The notes under the pieces were generated by a model that did not search any database, had not been told where the DNA came from, and was given only the letters and a program-made list of their open reading frames with translations. Positions 40,381-53,244 of a DNA stretch of 64,000 nucleotides are shown here, piece after piece; the first letter of the stretch is position 1, and every line of letters starts with the position of its first letter. This DNA comes from Eledone cirrhosa (Eukaryota), in contig OZ024741.1 of NCBI GenBank assembly GCA_964016885.1, forward strand, positions 300,700,001-300,764,000. Direction: 5' to 3'. The position numbers and the translations under genes were made by a program.

Positions 40381-40859
40381 GTGAGAGGGGGAGAGAGGGG
40401 GGATAGAGAATATAATGAATTAGCTCTTAACCAGAGATTATATTGACAATCTTACCAATTCACAAATGGTTTTCTTGCAACTTAATGCTTAATTTTGATT
40501 TATCACTTAGTGTTTCTATTTCCTAAAATATCGGTTTAAAACTCTAATATTTATAATTTTAGTATTATTTATATTATTTTATTTCAAGATGCATGTCAGA
40601 CACTCATTTGCTTAATTGGTTAATTTATACAATATTCGATAGCGTTGATTCATTTTTCACTTGTTGCCATTATTTTGTTGATAATTACATGGCATTTTTA
40701 CGAACTGCTTACTTATTTTTCTCTTTATTTTTATTAATTTCTCAAATGCTATTTTTTAATAACGGAATATTATTTCATTAATGTATCACGGAATTTTTTT
40801 CCAAAAATTCGGATGTTCATTTTGTTTTGTATAATTTATTCTACATTATTTCATTTAGT

Positions 40860-40948
40860 GTATTATTATATGTATTATATGTATTATTATATTATATGTA
40901 TTATATGTATTATTATATTATATGTATTATATGTATTATTATATGTAT
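40860..40948. repeat. TATTATATG-based short tandem repeat
   Basis: Seen directly. Confidence 0.9.
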
Positions 40949-41581
40949 TTTGACATAACTGCTGTAGTTGCATAACATTTAAATTGAGACAAATTTAAAT
41001 TGAGACAAATGGTGGTCTTCTATATCGGATCATTAAGATGATTGTATAGAAGTCCATTAGTAAGTCTAATCCTCGTGGAATCCTGGGAACAAGGACTCAA
41101 ACTGTTCTTGTTCCCATGTAGGATGGGTACATATTGACCTTGCTGGTTTTGCAAGGTTTCAACGAGTGTTTCACAGAGTTTCTATTGTTATTGATGTTGT
41201 TGTTGTTGTTGCATATTCACTGCTACTTGATCGTTGTTGTTGCTGACTCTGCTGCTACTGCTGCTTTCATCATTAATGGTGGTGGTGGTGATGATGTTTA
41301 TCTTGAAAGTAAAATTAAAATGTTGGCTCCGACATAGCTCTATACATAGCTGTTTGAAGGTCCAGCAGCGAGCAAGCGAAGCACTGTCGCGATGACGACC
41401 AGAGCCAGAAATGTGCATTGAGAGTTGTTCCCCGCTGCTTCTGTCGGAATCCTCTAGACAACGCTGGCCGTCAGGTTTTCAATATTCATAGCTAGAAGGC
41501 TTTTCAAATGTTTATTCTTAATCATAGAGTATATCATTACACACACACACACACACACACACATATGTATATGTAATGATG

Positions 41582-41671
<90 letters not shown>

Positions 41672-41913
41672 CGTGTGTGTGCATGTGTGTGTGTGTGTGT
41701 GTGTTTAATTATAAAGATTTGGAAAGCTCTAGTCGTACTTTTGGGACTAAAGAAATTTTATCCTGATAGTTGGGTATAGAACCCTCTAAGAAATATATAT
41801 ATGTATAAGAATTTTGTGTTGGCGCTCTGAAATAGTGATGTATATATGATTGTACGTATTGTATATTTAATAATATACTCTATGGTTATTGTAAAATATT
41901 TTGAAGGCCTTTC

Positions 41914-42090
41914 GCTATGAATTTAAATGTAATGACTAACGTCACAACCCTAGTTTCAGCAAAAACAAAGGGAAGTAATTGACGGTGACCGTTTCTTAAA
42001 TACTAGTGGTTGTCAAAACTACATATTACTTCCCTTTCTTTTTACCGAAGCTAGGCATGTGACGGTAGTCTCAACCTTAAAATTCATAGC
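41914..42090. repeat. Diverged foldback, ~66-bp arms, abutting the R4/Dong 3' tail
   Basis: 41914-41979 versus 42025-42090. Confidence 0.75.
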
Positions 42091-45000
42091 ATTATTATTA
42101 TTGTTCTTTGAGTCTCAGTCATTGATGTTATTTAACTGGAAAGTTTGTTGAAATGAATATCAAGCCACTACCTGCAGCCTCAGACGTATCGGAGGGTCCT
42201 TGCTGTTCCCAGCAAGCATGCCTTTTGAAGTGTTCCAAAAAGCGGGGCTGAACTAATCTTCTTTAACAATCCTTGGAAACTCTTTGAGATAGTACCTTGT
42301 GCGCCTATGACAATCGGGACGACCTTGATTTCATGGCAGTTCCAAATCCTTTTTAACTCCCAATTTAAATCCTGATATCGGTTAATTTTCTCCCTCTCCT
42401 TTTCTTGCACTCTCGTGTCAAATGGGCAGGCTACATCTACAATCAGACACGATCTTTTTTCCTTGTCCAAAACCACTATTGTGTTCTAATTTCTTGTCCG
42501 TCTGTATCCTAAAACCTCATAGCACCTTTACCTGATCGTTTTCTATCACCGACTCTGGCTTATGCTCATACTACTTCTCAGAATGTGGTAAATTGTTTAC
42601 TTTGCATAGATGCCAGTGGATCACCCTGCCCATCACATCATGTCTCCAGCCTTTATATTAAGTCTGGGCTAGATGTTTACACTTGGATACAATGTGAGCC
42701 ACAGTCTCCTCTCTCTCTCCACAGATCGTACACATTGAGCTAGCCTAATCCTTCTCAATACGTTCTGAGGGCTTGCTCTTGCGCGGCCATTAGCATTCCT
42801 TCTGTAGCTTTTTTCAGTTTTCTTAAAGAAGGTGCTATGAAGGGATTTTTCATGAAGGTTGCTCTTCCTCCTTGTTGTTATTTTCTCCTTGGATATCCCC
42901 TGGTCTATTGTCTTCTCCTTCAGTACAATTTTGAGCATTGGCTCTCTACTGTCAGTCCCATATTTGTGCAGGTTGTTTTTCTCCATCTGAACACAGTCCA
43001 CTATGCTGATAAACCTCTTCCACCTTCAGATCTTTTTAAGTAGAGTCTATCGACATCACTCCTCTTGTGGAACATGTAGATAATCAATAGCTTCCTAGTC
43101 TTCCTATCCATTTCTTTTTGTTCAGTAATATTCCATTTCAGAATTCCCGCACTGTACCTAATAATAGACACAGCTCGGGAACTTACTGCATTTATGACAT
43201 TCCTACTATATAGATGTGATTTTAGTATGTTCCTTACTCTCCTTATGTATTCAGATCTTATCAATTCCTTCAGTTTTTTGTTCTTGATGTCATCTGCTTC
43301 TAGAATACCTAAATATTTGTATCCCTCTTCAGTGTCAATTTCCTTTATCATCTCACTTGCTGGTATCTGGATTCCGTTGCTTCTGCTTAATTTTACCCCC
43401 TTTTCATCACTAGGACTCCACATTTATTAATACCAAATTCCATACATATATCATTGTTGAAACTACGGAGAGTGTCAACAAGTACATCCAACTTCTTCTC
43501 ACTCTTCCCAAAGAGTTTAAGATCGTCCATGAACAGGAGGTGGTTGATGGTAAGCTCTCCTCTTCCCAACTTGTATCCTGCTCTCACTTTTCGCAATATA
43601 TCGGAAAGGGGTATCAGGGCAAGAACAAACAGCAGAGGGACAAACTATCTCCCTGGAAGATACCTCTCTTGATCTTCTTGCCTCCCAAGGATTCTCCACC
43701 TGATGTTAACTCTGTTTCCCAGGACTTCATACTTTCTCTCATTAGCTGTCTGATGTTATCTGCCACCTTGAAGATCTCTAGGCTTTTGGTTATCCACGAA
43801 TGAGGTACCATGTCGAATGCCTTTTTGTAATCTATCCATCTCATGGCAGACCAGTGTGTCGCCTCTTGCAATTCCTCATTACCATCTTATCAATAAGTAA
43901 CTGGTCTTTTGTACCACGGGACTTCTTTAAGCATCCTTTCTGTTCGTCTCGTAATAAGTTTTTTATTTGGAGGTGATAGTAGATTTCCTCAGACACGATG
44001 GTTGTTAATAGTTTCCACATTACGGACCGACATGTGATAGACCTATATTTGGTAACATGATTACCCTTGATTCGGTCTTTCATTACTAGAACTGTGGTAC
44101 CTTTTGTCAACCACTCTAGTACTTCACCCGACATCAAGCAGTCATTGTACTTGGTTGTCAGTTTCGGGTGGAGGGATGTTATATTTTTAATCCAATACCC
44201 TTGCACACCATCTGGGCCTGGTGATTTCCAGTTGGTTAGTTTTTTGGCCTGCCCTTTAAGAGTTTCAACTGTGATACTCAAATTAGGTTCTTGGTGTGCT
44301 TGTTCACTAATCTCGTTTTGAACTGTCTCAATTCACACTGCCTGACTATTATGTTCAACATCCTGCTCCATTTATTCCTCTTCAGAATGTCTTAGACTGT
44401 TCCTCCTCAGGGATCACGTCGTTGCCTCTTTCTTTCCCTTCAAGCTGTCCAAACAACATCTTCTGATTGTTGTCAAACATGCGGTTCTGTCTATACTGAC
44501 TAACTTTGTTCTCATACCACCCAATCTTTGCACTTTTTGCTATAATGCGTTGCTTCAGTTCCTCTATGATAATATTTAGCTTTTTCCTCCTAGTTTTGTA
44601 CTTTATTTTCAATCTATCTTTAGTGTCTATGTTTTGTAATGTCCCATTCAGTAAAGACTCAAGCTTTCCAATGTCTTTTCTTATTTCCTTCATTTGACCA
44701 TTCAGTCGTTTCTTCCACCAAGGTTCTGATCCTTCTTGTTTGTTGTTTCCTCTCGTTTTTGTGCCAAGTAATTTCCTCACCGCATTTGGTGTTGCTTTGA
44801 CGATATTGTTGCATTGGTGAAGGTTCCTCGCCTCAAGGTATGGGATGACATGGTTTACCTTAGCTGTTGTTTCTTTTAACTTTTTCCTGTCTACACATCT
44901 TAGGTTCATAGGTGTTCCACTATCATTGTTCAGTTCATCTTCCGCTAAGTTTAGGATATCAACCAAATCTTGCCATAGCTCGTCAGTATTCATTTCCTCA

Positions 45001-45590
45001 ATGGCCGTATCTTTGTTCCAGATGTTATTTATTTCAGCATTCAGATCATATTCTTCTTCGGATGCTTCCTCAGATCTCTCAACCTATTCACCTTCATTTC
45101 CCACTGGCTCGTTTGCCTGGCATACTCCACTGTCCATTTCCAACTCAATCTTTCTGCTCAGTTCCTCCAGTTCCAACTCGCTTATCCATCCATTAGTTCT
45201 TATTACTCGAGCCTGTCCGACAAATTTTTGTTCATCTAATTTAAATAGACCAATCTCGTTCCAGATGTTATGCATCCATTTCCTATAGTCTTTTTCCATG
45301 GGGTTACTCTTCAGGTAACACTTCATGACAGTTCTATTCAATTCTTTCGTCGAGTTGGTTCTGGTCCCATTCCTTCTTCTTCCTTCAACACCAGCAGTAT
45401 TTGGATGACAGCCAGGTCCCTGCTGTTGGGCCAGGGTGCACTTGCTGGGTGAGAGTATTTCACATGATGTTCTAGTCTCCTTTTCACCGTTATTCGAACT
45501 GTTTAGGTTCGACATTTAAAGACTCATATCGAGGATTGGTGAATGTATGGTTACATAACCACCGGTGATTTCATCACCAGCGGTGATCTT
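42091..45590 (-). mobile_element. R4/Dong-type non-LTR retrotransposon (RT + restriction-like endonuclease), near full length, decayed
   Basis: EPWWKKRL, WKSPGPDGVQGYWIK, SRGTKDQLLIDK, WIDYKKAFDMVPHSWI, RGIFQGDSLS, INHLLFMDDLKLF, YKYLG and RLE IVDVACPFD..EKINRYQDL..VVPIVIG. It has a (TAA)n 3' tail and many frameshifts. Confidence 0.9.
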
Positions 45591-45987
45591 AGAGTGGCAC
45601 CATCACGCTGTAGACGAAAATAAATAAATAAACAAATAAATAGATAAAGACATAAAAAATAAACATAAGTTTCATTGTAATGTTTGAATGCTGACTTTTT
45701 TTTTCTTTTTGTTTTTCAATGCCAGTAACATCGATTACTAGTGTTATTTCTGCTGTTTTTGATTTTAGCTGCGCTAAGCTCGTAGTCATAGCAACGAGGG
45801 ATGTTGCGTTCAAAACTTTTGAAATTGTTTTTCTTTCGATGTTGCGTTTGTTTTTGTCTGTGTTCTGTTCTGTAATTTTTCGACTTGCTGCTTATCATTA
45901 TTATTATTATTATTATTATTATTTGACATCGTTTAAACTAAACATTTTGAGAGAGTTTAGAGATACAACGACAATTATTATTATTAT

Positions 45988-46172
45988 GGTGGATTGGCAG
46001 TATCGGTAGAGGGTCAGACACCATGTTTTCCAGCATAATTACGTCCCTTTACGATCTGAGTTCAAATCCCGCCGAGGTTGACTTTGCCTTTCATCTTTAT
46101 GGGGTCGATAAAATAAAGTACCAGTAATTCACTGGGTAATTGCTGGCCTTGTGCCTAAAGTAGAAACAATTA
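45988..46172 (+). mobile_element. Full-length SINE family A
   Basis: A and B boxes and body as at 26169. Flanked by acaattatta(t) on both sides. Confidence 0.9.
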
Positions 46173-46249
46173 TTATGGTGTTGTTGTTGGCTATGTTTGA
46201 CCGGGTCACTAAATCAGTCTATTTATATCTTTTGGTAGCTATCTCCTTT

Positions 46250-46700
46250 CTAGTCATGTGTACTACTACCTTCCCTCTCCAGGAGGTAGTGAGGGAATAG
46301 TGGTGTTAGCGATGATGGAGTGGTGACGGTGGTGATGGAGTAGTAGTACTGTAGTGATGGGGTTGTTGCTGTTGTTGGTTTGTTTCTAGCTAAATTTTGT
46401 GTTAGTGGTGGTGGTAGCAGCGGTGGTGGCGGTGTTGGTGGTGAAATTATTTGGCTGTTGTTTTTTTTCAATGATGAGGGAATAGTGGTGATAGCGATGA
46501 TGGAGTGGTGACGGTGGTGATGGGGTAGTAGTACTGTAGTGATGGTGTTGTTGTTGCTGTTGGTTTGTCTCTAGCTACATTTTGTGGTAGTGGTGGTGGT
46601 GGCGGTGGAGGCGGTGGTGGTGGTGGTGGCGGTGGAGGCGGTGGTGATGGTGGTGGTGTTGGTGTTGAAATTATTTGGCTGTTGTTTTCTCCCATTTGTG
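46250..46700 (-). repeat. Tandem duplication of a Pro/Thr-rich coding-like segment, possibly a Tx1 ORF1 5' end
   Basis: ORFs 46250-46471 and 46468-46695 are near-identical (NNSQIIS..PPPP..KPTATT.PSLQYYY). Confidence 0.6.
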
Positions 46701-46964
46701 ACCATTTGTAACCATTTTTTTTTTACTATAAAATTTCTGATACAAAATTAAATATTTTAGCAATATGCCAGAGTGTATCACTTTCTGAGAGCTAAGACTC
46801 GTGACTTATGTCCCATCTGTTATAAGAATTATTCTATCACAATTGTTTTAAATATGTAAAAAATAAAAAACTTACGGGAGCGATTCCATAACACTCTATC
46901 CACCATGTGCGTATTATTCCCTTATTATTATTATTATTATTATTATTATTAGTAGTAGTAGTAG

Positions 46965-49900
46965 TATTGGCGACCTACGTAGGAAATCGTATTATTGTGA
47001 CCTCTGCAAAGGTTTTCAGTTGTTTCAAATTGCCATTTATGGAAAGGTTTTGGTGTTAAGTTTTTATAAGTTCACATAAATTGCTTTCCGAAAAGGACAC
47101 TCAAAAAGATTGGGGCCTTGAGCCCAAAATTTTAACTTTTATAATAATTATCAAACAAAAATTTTTTCGAAAAAAATCATGGTCGACTCACAGCTACTCG
47201 TAGCTGAGAGCCTTCCTCACAAACTAACACCGCACACCATCACCACCATTGTAAATATTACTACGTTTGCCAACACTAAAAATATAAGCAGTAGCAATAA
47301 TTTAAATTTGTCTCATGCAGACATTCATTTCCCGCCATTACCAAAAACTGCAAGTGTTAAAGCCGCCACTCCCATCACCACCACCACAGCGACAACAGAA
47401 ACAAAAGAAAAAATAAATTATTATCTCGTGACATCGAAATGGATTCACCCAGATTCGACTCTTCCACACCGATCACCACTGACACCCCCCCACTACAACT
47501 GAAACTAAAAATAACAATAAGAAAAATAACAATAACAACAACAGCAACAACAACAATGAAAAAAACTACAAAAACATCAACACCACCGCAAATGTGTCGT
47601 TTGCCAAAGCAGCCAAGAAATTCGAAACAATCGAGGTAACTCAGGAGGAATTAAATGAAGCCAAGAGAATGGTAAAGAAAGATGGGTACAGGGTTAGCCT
47701 CCCCCCATCCCCCATCCCACCACACCTAATAAAATGGAGCATCGGCGCCTGTGCACCGTATCTTATCGGACGATTAACACAAAATCGCGCCGAGTGGAAC
47801 GGGCATCCGAGTCCCAAATCCAAAAAGCTTTGGGACATGTGTGGGCGAAAAAAACCCACATCAGACGTGGGCAGAAATATGGAACATTAGACATGTTCTT
47901 TGGAACACCACAGGAGGCAGGAGAACACTCCATGGCCCCATAGAGAAGCGACGACTTCACACTCGTCCCAAGCTATTGTGTCCAGAGACTCGTGAAGATC
48001 AGGGTGACCCACGTTCCACCGGTCATCGAAATTCCCTAGCTAATGGCTGCCGTCCTGGCCGGCATCGAGGCCAACACCAAAATAATTGAAATATCAGAAG
48101 AAAAGCAGGAGAACTGGTCCGGATCTGGGATGGAGCTCCTGATCCAAGCGGACCAAAAAAGCATTGAGGAAATCCCAGAGGTAATGGACCTCACTGACGG
48201 CAGCCACCTCACCGTAATCGTCGAGGGTAGAAAGCCTAGGTGTGTCGTTTATGGTAAAGGAACCCACCTAAAGGCTTTCTGCCCTCAGGCTAAAAAGTTG
48301 AGGCCATCTCTCTTACCCACCCCAGTGACTCAACCATCAACACCACCAGCAGCAGAAATGGCAGTGTAGCAGCAACAACAGGAACAACTGTAGCAGCAAC
48401 AACCCAAGCAACAGTAGTAAAACCAACACCACCACCACCACCCACCGCGCCAGAACTAGCACCAGCGCCTCCACCATCCACCGCGTCACAACCAAAACCA
48501 ACGCCTGTGGAGGATTTTCCATCCCCGACCTATCGCAACTGGAGACAGATTGTGACGACGAGGAGTGGGAAACTATCAGGAAAAAAGAAAAAGAAGCCAA
48601 AATAGAAAAAATCCTCTTCCTCCCCCCTCCAAAAACAAAATACAGAGGGAAAAAAATAAACTATCAAACAAAAAAGTTAGGACGGCTATGCCACCAGCCA
48701 CACCAGCATCAACAACCCCATCACCACAAACACCAACACCATCACCAACACCACAAATGTCACCAAAAAGCGAAACAGAAACAAACCCACAACAAACGCA
48801 AACAAAACAAAACAACCAAAACGATACACACTACACAGCATTAAATTTGAACAACAACCAATTATTACATTCATGCAACACAACACCAGCATCACAAAAA
48901 CAGACTACACAACACCCCAAAAGTTCACACCAGCTCCACACATACAAATCACTCGCATCACACAGAAGACGTACACGGCACTAAAACAAAAATTCCCCAA
49001 AAACATCGGAGACTTCCTACAAACACTCTCCAGGAGGATTTATAAGGACATCCTTCCGCAGGAGGCCAGAAGCAGTGAAAAGGATGGAGAGACCATCCTA
49101 CCTCTACGACAAGTAAGGTAAGTGGTCTTTCCATCTTTCCCACTCCTTTTCAACATGACCTCACTCAGAATAGGCAGCATAAATGCGCGTGGCTTGGGGT
49201 CGTCATGGAAGCAGGGCCACCTGCTCAACGACCTCAGGTCACTAAAAATAGATGTAGTGGCCATCAGCGAGACCAGAATCTCCGAAGCACAGGACTTCGC
49301 AGCGATCATGGGCGGTTTCGATGTGTACGCATCTCCCAGCCGTCCTGGATCGGGAGGAGGAGTTGCTGTGCTTTTTCGGAGAGGTTTGGATCTCGCCATC
49401 TTCCTGGACCCAGAAGGTAAGTTGGTGGTGCTGGACGTGACCAGCGGAGACGGGCAAGCTTTCAGGCTAGTGGCCGTATATGCCCCGACAGGATCAGGGC
49501 GGCCTGATTTCTTCCGGCGTCTAGAGACCTTTCTTGGAACGTCCCGCCCTTTAGTGTGAGTGAGCGACTGCAACGGGATCTTAGTTGCACGCTGGGACTG
49601 TGTGGGATTAGCGAATAGGGGAGGAGGGTGCAAGAGCCTCACCAACCTGCTCAGGCGTTTTGAACTGTCTGACAGGTACCGATTCGATTTCCCGAGTGTG
49701 CCAATGTGGACTTGAACAAATCGCATAGGGTCATCCAGATCATATCTAGATAGAGTATTTTGTAGGGAAATAGATAGGTCTAGAATAGGCTGTCCACAAT
49801 TCAAGATAGTCAGCTACACAGACCACAAATTCGTGATCTGTGTGCTTGACTTAGATAGGCTTCAAAGACGAGGACCCGGCTACTGAAAGCTAAACGCGTC

Positions 49901-52742
49901 CTTACTAGCGCGCAAGGGCTACAGAGAACGTATTAGCGAACTAGTTAAGCGGACGTTGACGGGGGCCATCGTCAACAACAAATGGTGGTTTGCTCTGAAA
50001 AGAGCCATTAGAATATAGTCCATTAGTTTAGTAAGGCTTTAGCTATAGAGAAAAATAGAGCAGAGGGAGAACTAGTTAGAAAATTAGCAAAGGCATCGCG
50101 ACGTCCGTCGCGATGCCTTTGCGAAATTGGCCCTTGACCAATTCTTCAATGCAAAGCACGAAGGCTGTGTTGTCAGAGCTAGGGTGCGTGCTCTCAGACA
50201 CGCGGGAGCGAAAGCCGTTGAATGGGCTCGAGTGGCGGAGGCGCGTCGTGGCAACAAATCCACGATCCAGTCTCTGCTGGACCACGACGGGCGCATGCTA
50301 CTCGATCCCGGGCAAATGTGTGAAGCTTTTCAGCGACACTTCGCACGGCTGTTCGGGCGCAGCGGCGGGCCAGATCGAGAGATGGACTTCAGTGTCTACC
50401 TCTACGGACTGCCGCAGCTCTCGGCCAGTGAGGCGGAGTGTTGCGAAAAGCCGATAACAGCCGCTGAAGTACGCGAGGCAATGACAGGCTGCACAAGGGG
50501 TAAATCGCCTGGATTGGATAGTCTGCCCTATGAACTTTACGTACAGATGCCACACTTGTTCGGAGGCCTCTTGGCGGACGTCTACTGCAACTGGCAACAG
50601 AACCGGAGAATTCCCAGCTCTGTGAGCCGAGGAGCTGTGGCGCTGCTGAGAAAGGATCCGAACCAGGGGAATATCATAGATAATTTCAGGCCCATAACTC
50701 GGTTAAACACAGAGTTCAAGATTTTGGCCAAGGTGCTAGCAAAGAGGTTGGCGCTTGTCGTTGGTGGTCTGGTGGGAGAGGCTCAGACATGCGCCATTCC
50801 CGACAGATCCATCCACGACAACCTCCACCTCATGCTATACATCGTAGAGAGGGTAGCTAGGGAACCTGGCACGGGTGGGTCCCTGATCAATTTCGAAAGC
50901 TTTCTATAGGGTCGACCATCGTCACCTAGCGGCAGTCCTGAGGGCGGCTGGCTTTGGGCCCGTCTTCAGAAGCTGGATCGCTGCCATGCACAGCGACATC
51001 TGCTCTGTGGTGAGAGTGAACGGTCACCTTTCGGAACCGTTCAACCGCCAAGGATGTCCCCTCTCGTCCCTCTTGTACGTATTGACTCTCTAGCCATTAC
51101 TGCACGAACTGGAGAAGTTGAGGGGGGTCCCGCGCGAACTAGGATGCGGTAGATCCGTGTCAGAATATGCGGACGATGTCACCGTAGTGGTGTCGAACGC
51201 CAAACACATCGAGGCGATCGGCACTACACTAAGAGAATACGAAGCGGTGACAGGAACAATGATCAACCAGGAAAAGTCAGTGGGCCTGCAGCTCGGCACC
51301 TGGAGAGACAGGTCCATGCCGTCCAACAGCGTCGTCGGGCGCTGGACGGACGACCAGTTAAATTGCTAGCGGTCTGGTTCGGTCCGGACCTCCAGACGGA
51401 CAAAAACTGGGACGAGGTGACGAGCAGGGTGGCTTCTCTCACCCAGAAATGGGTGGAGAGGAAGATATCCCTGAAAGGTCGAGCGGAGGTGGCTAACGCG
51501 TTCATCGCGTCCGTCATCTACTACCGCCTGACCGTCGTACCTTGTCCTAAGCCCCCCCCCCCCCCTTACTGCGCTGGAGCGTTTTCTCTTTCGCTTTTTG
51601 TGGAAGGGACGCGCTCCGATTGTCAGGCGGTCCATCTGCTGTCAACACCCGTTACGTGTAGGGCTGGGCATGCCGTGGCTGATGAAGCGCAGACACGCGC
51701 TCTCGCAACAACATCTCCACTTTCTTCCTCGACGTGAACAGGTGAGGTCGCAGTTTGCTAGACGCGTCTCTCCCGAGCTCGTCTCCTTGACGGAGCTGCA
51801 GTCCTGGGTCAAGCGAAGACCGAGACGGTGCGCTTGGAGAATGGAATGTCTTAAGGCGCTCACAGCCCTCGACCAATCGGGCAATGTGATCGGTGGAAAC
51901 TCCACCCTGGCGTTCTATAGAGGATTAGTGGAGGGGAAGAGCTACGACGTACTTGGAGAAACTCTAGGCGTCGACGAAAATCAACTAGCCAATCTCTTCG
52001 GAAGAACTTCCGGGCTGGGGCCTATGGGCAACTTTCAGAAATCCCTGGCCTGGCAGTGCTACAGAGGAGCTTTGCCAGTTCGGGATAAACTCTACAGGCA
52101 TGGAGGTGCCGTCAGCCGGGCATGTCCGAGATGCGCGCAGGGCGACGAAACCGTCCTGCACGCACTCGTCCAGTGTCCGAGCATTGCTGACTTGTGGGTT
52201 ATATGTCGAACACGTGTAGGACGGATCCAGCTATCAGCTGAGTCCATCGTGAGGATTTCCCCGCCCTCTTCCTTTAGCCGGGAAGGGCAGGCAGTTTTTA
52301 TCTGTCTGGTGGCCATGGCAAAAGAGATAGTATGGTGGACACGTTTGAAAGGGCTGAAGACGAGCACTTACCTTTTCAGTGATGCCCTGATTAACTTTTT
52401 CAAATTTCATTTGAAAAGGAAAATCAGGGTAGAGAGGGAAGTGCTCTCTTCCCAGCATTTTGTTGAAAGATGGGTGAGAGAAGCAAGTATGTAAATTAAA
52501 GGTGGAAAACTGGGAGAGGGCACTTGCCCTGGTGGTCAGGGTCACTGTGGCCTTTTAATGGGCTTTCTCCACAAATGTCCGTCGGAAGTCTCCCCCCTAT
52601 TGGGGAATTTTTCATTGTTATTTTTTGTTACATCCTGTCTTTGTTTTTTTCCACGCAGAAATGCCCATTTGTACCGTCCTGTATTGTCCTGTACTGTCCT
52701 TAATGTCTAATTTATGTAAACCCTTGTGGTTAATAAAGAAAG
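46965..52742 (+). mobile_element. L1-Tx1 clade LINE, near full length, decayed
   Basis: ORF1 with a degenerate knuckle (RKPRCVVYGKGTHLKAFCP), ORF2, a 3' AATAAA and (ATT)n on both flanks. The 5' boundary is uncertain. Confidence 0.85.
49155..52494 (+). pseudogene. Tx1 ORF2: APE endonuclease, RT, C-terminal zinc motif
   Basis: SINARGL, ISET, VAVYAP, YLDR, TDH, GKSPGLDSLPYE, NFRPITRLN, RQGCPLS, YADDV and CPRC..ETVLHALVQCP, with stops and frameshifts. Confidence 0.92.
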
Positions 52743-52782
<40 letters not shown>

Positions 52783-52788
52783 CATATA

Positions 52789-52858
<70 letters not shown>

Positions 52859-53136
52859 TCAACCAGAAGCTAGTAGTCTGACACTAAAATCATCTACTAC
52901 CGAAGCCATCACATTAACAACATAGTCATACATTCGCAGATGTACGTGTGGAGTATTTTAATCTCAAGAAACAATCGTTTAACATACACATTTCAGTCCA
53001 CAACTCAAGTCTTCTCTTTTTTCTTTAAACTGTGAAATTCGTCATACATGACGTTTGGAAAAAATAGTTAATCGTTATCATATAACGTCAATAATTATAT
53101 ATATGCATATTTCCCGATGCATAAGTATTATCTACA

Positions 53137-53244
<108 letters not shown>

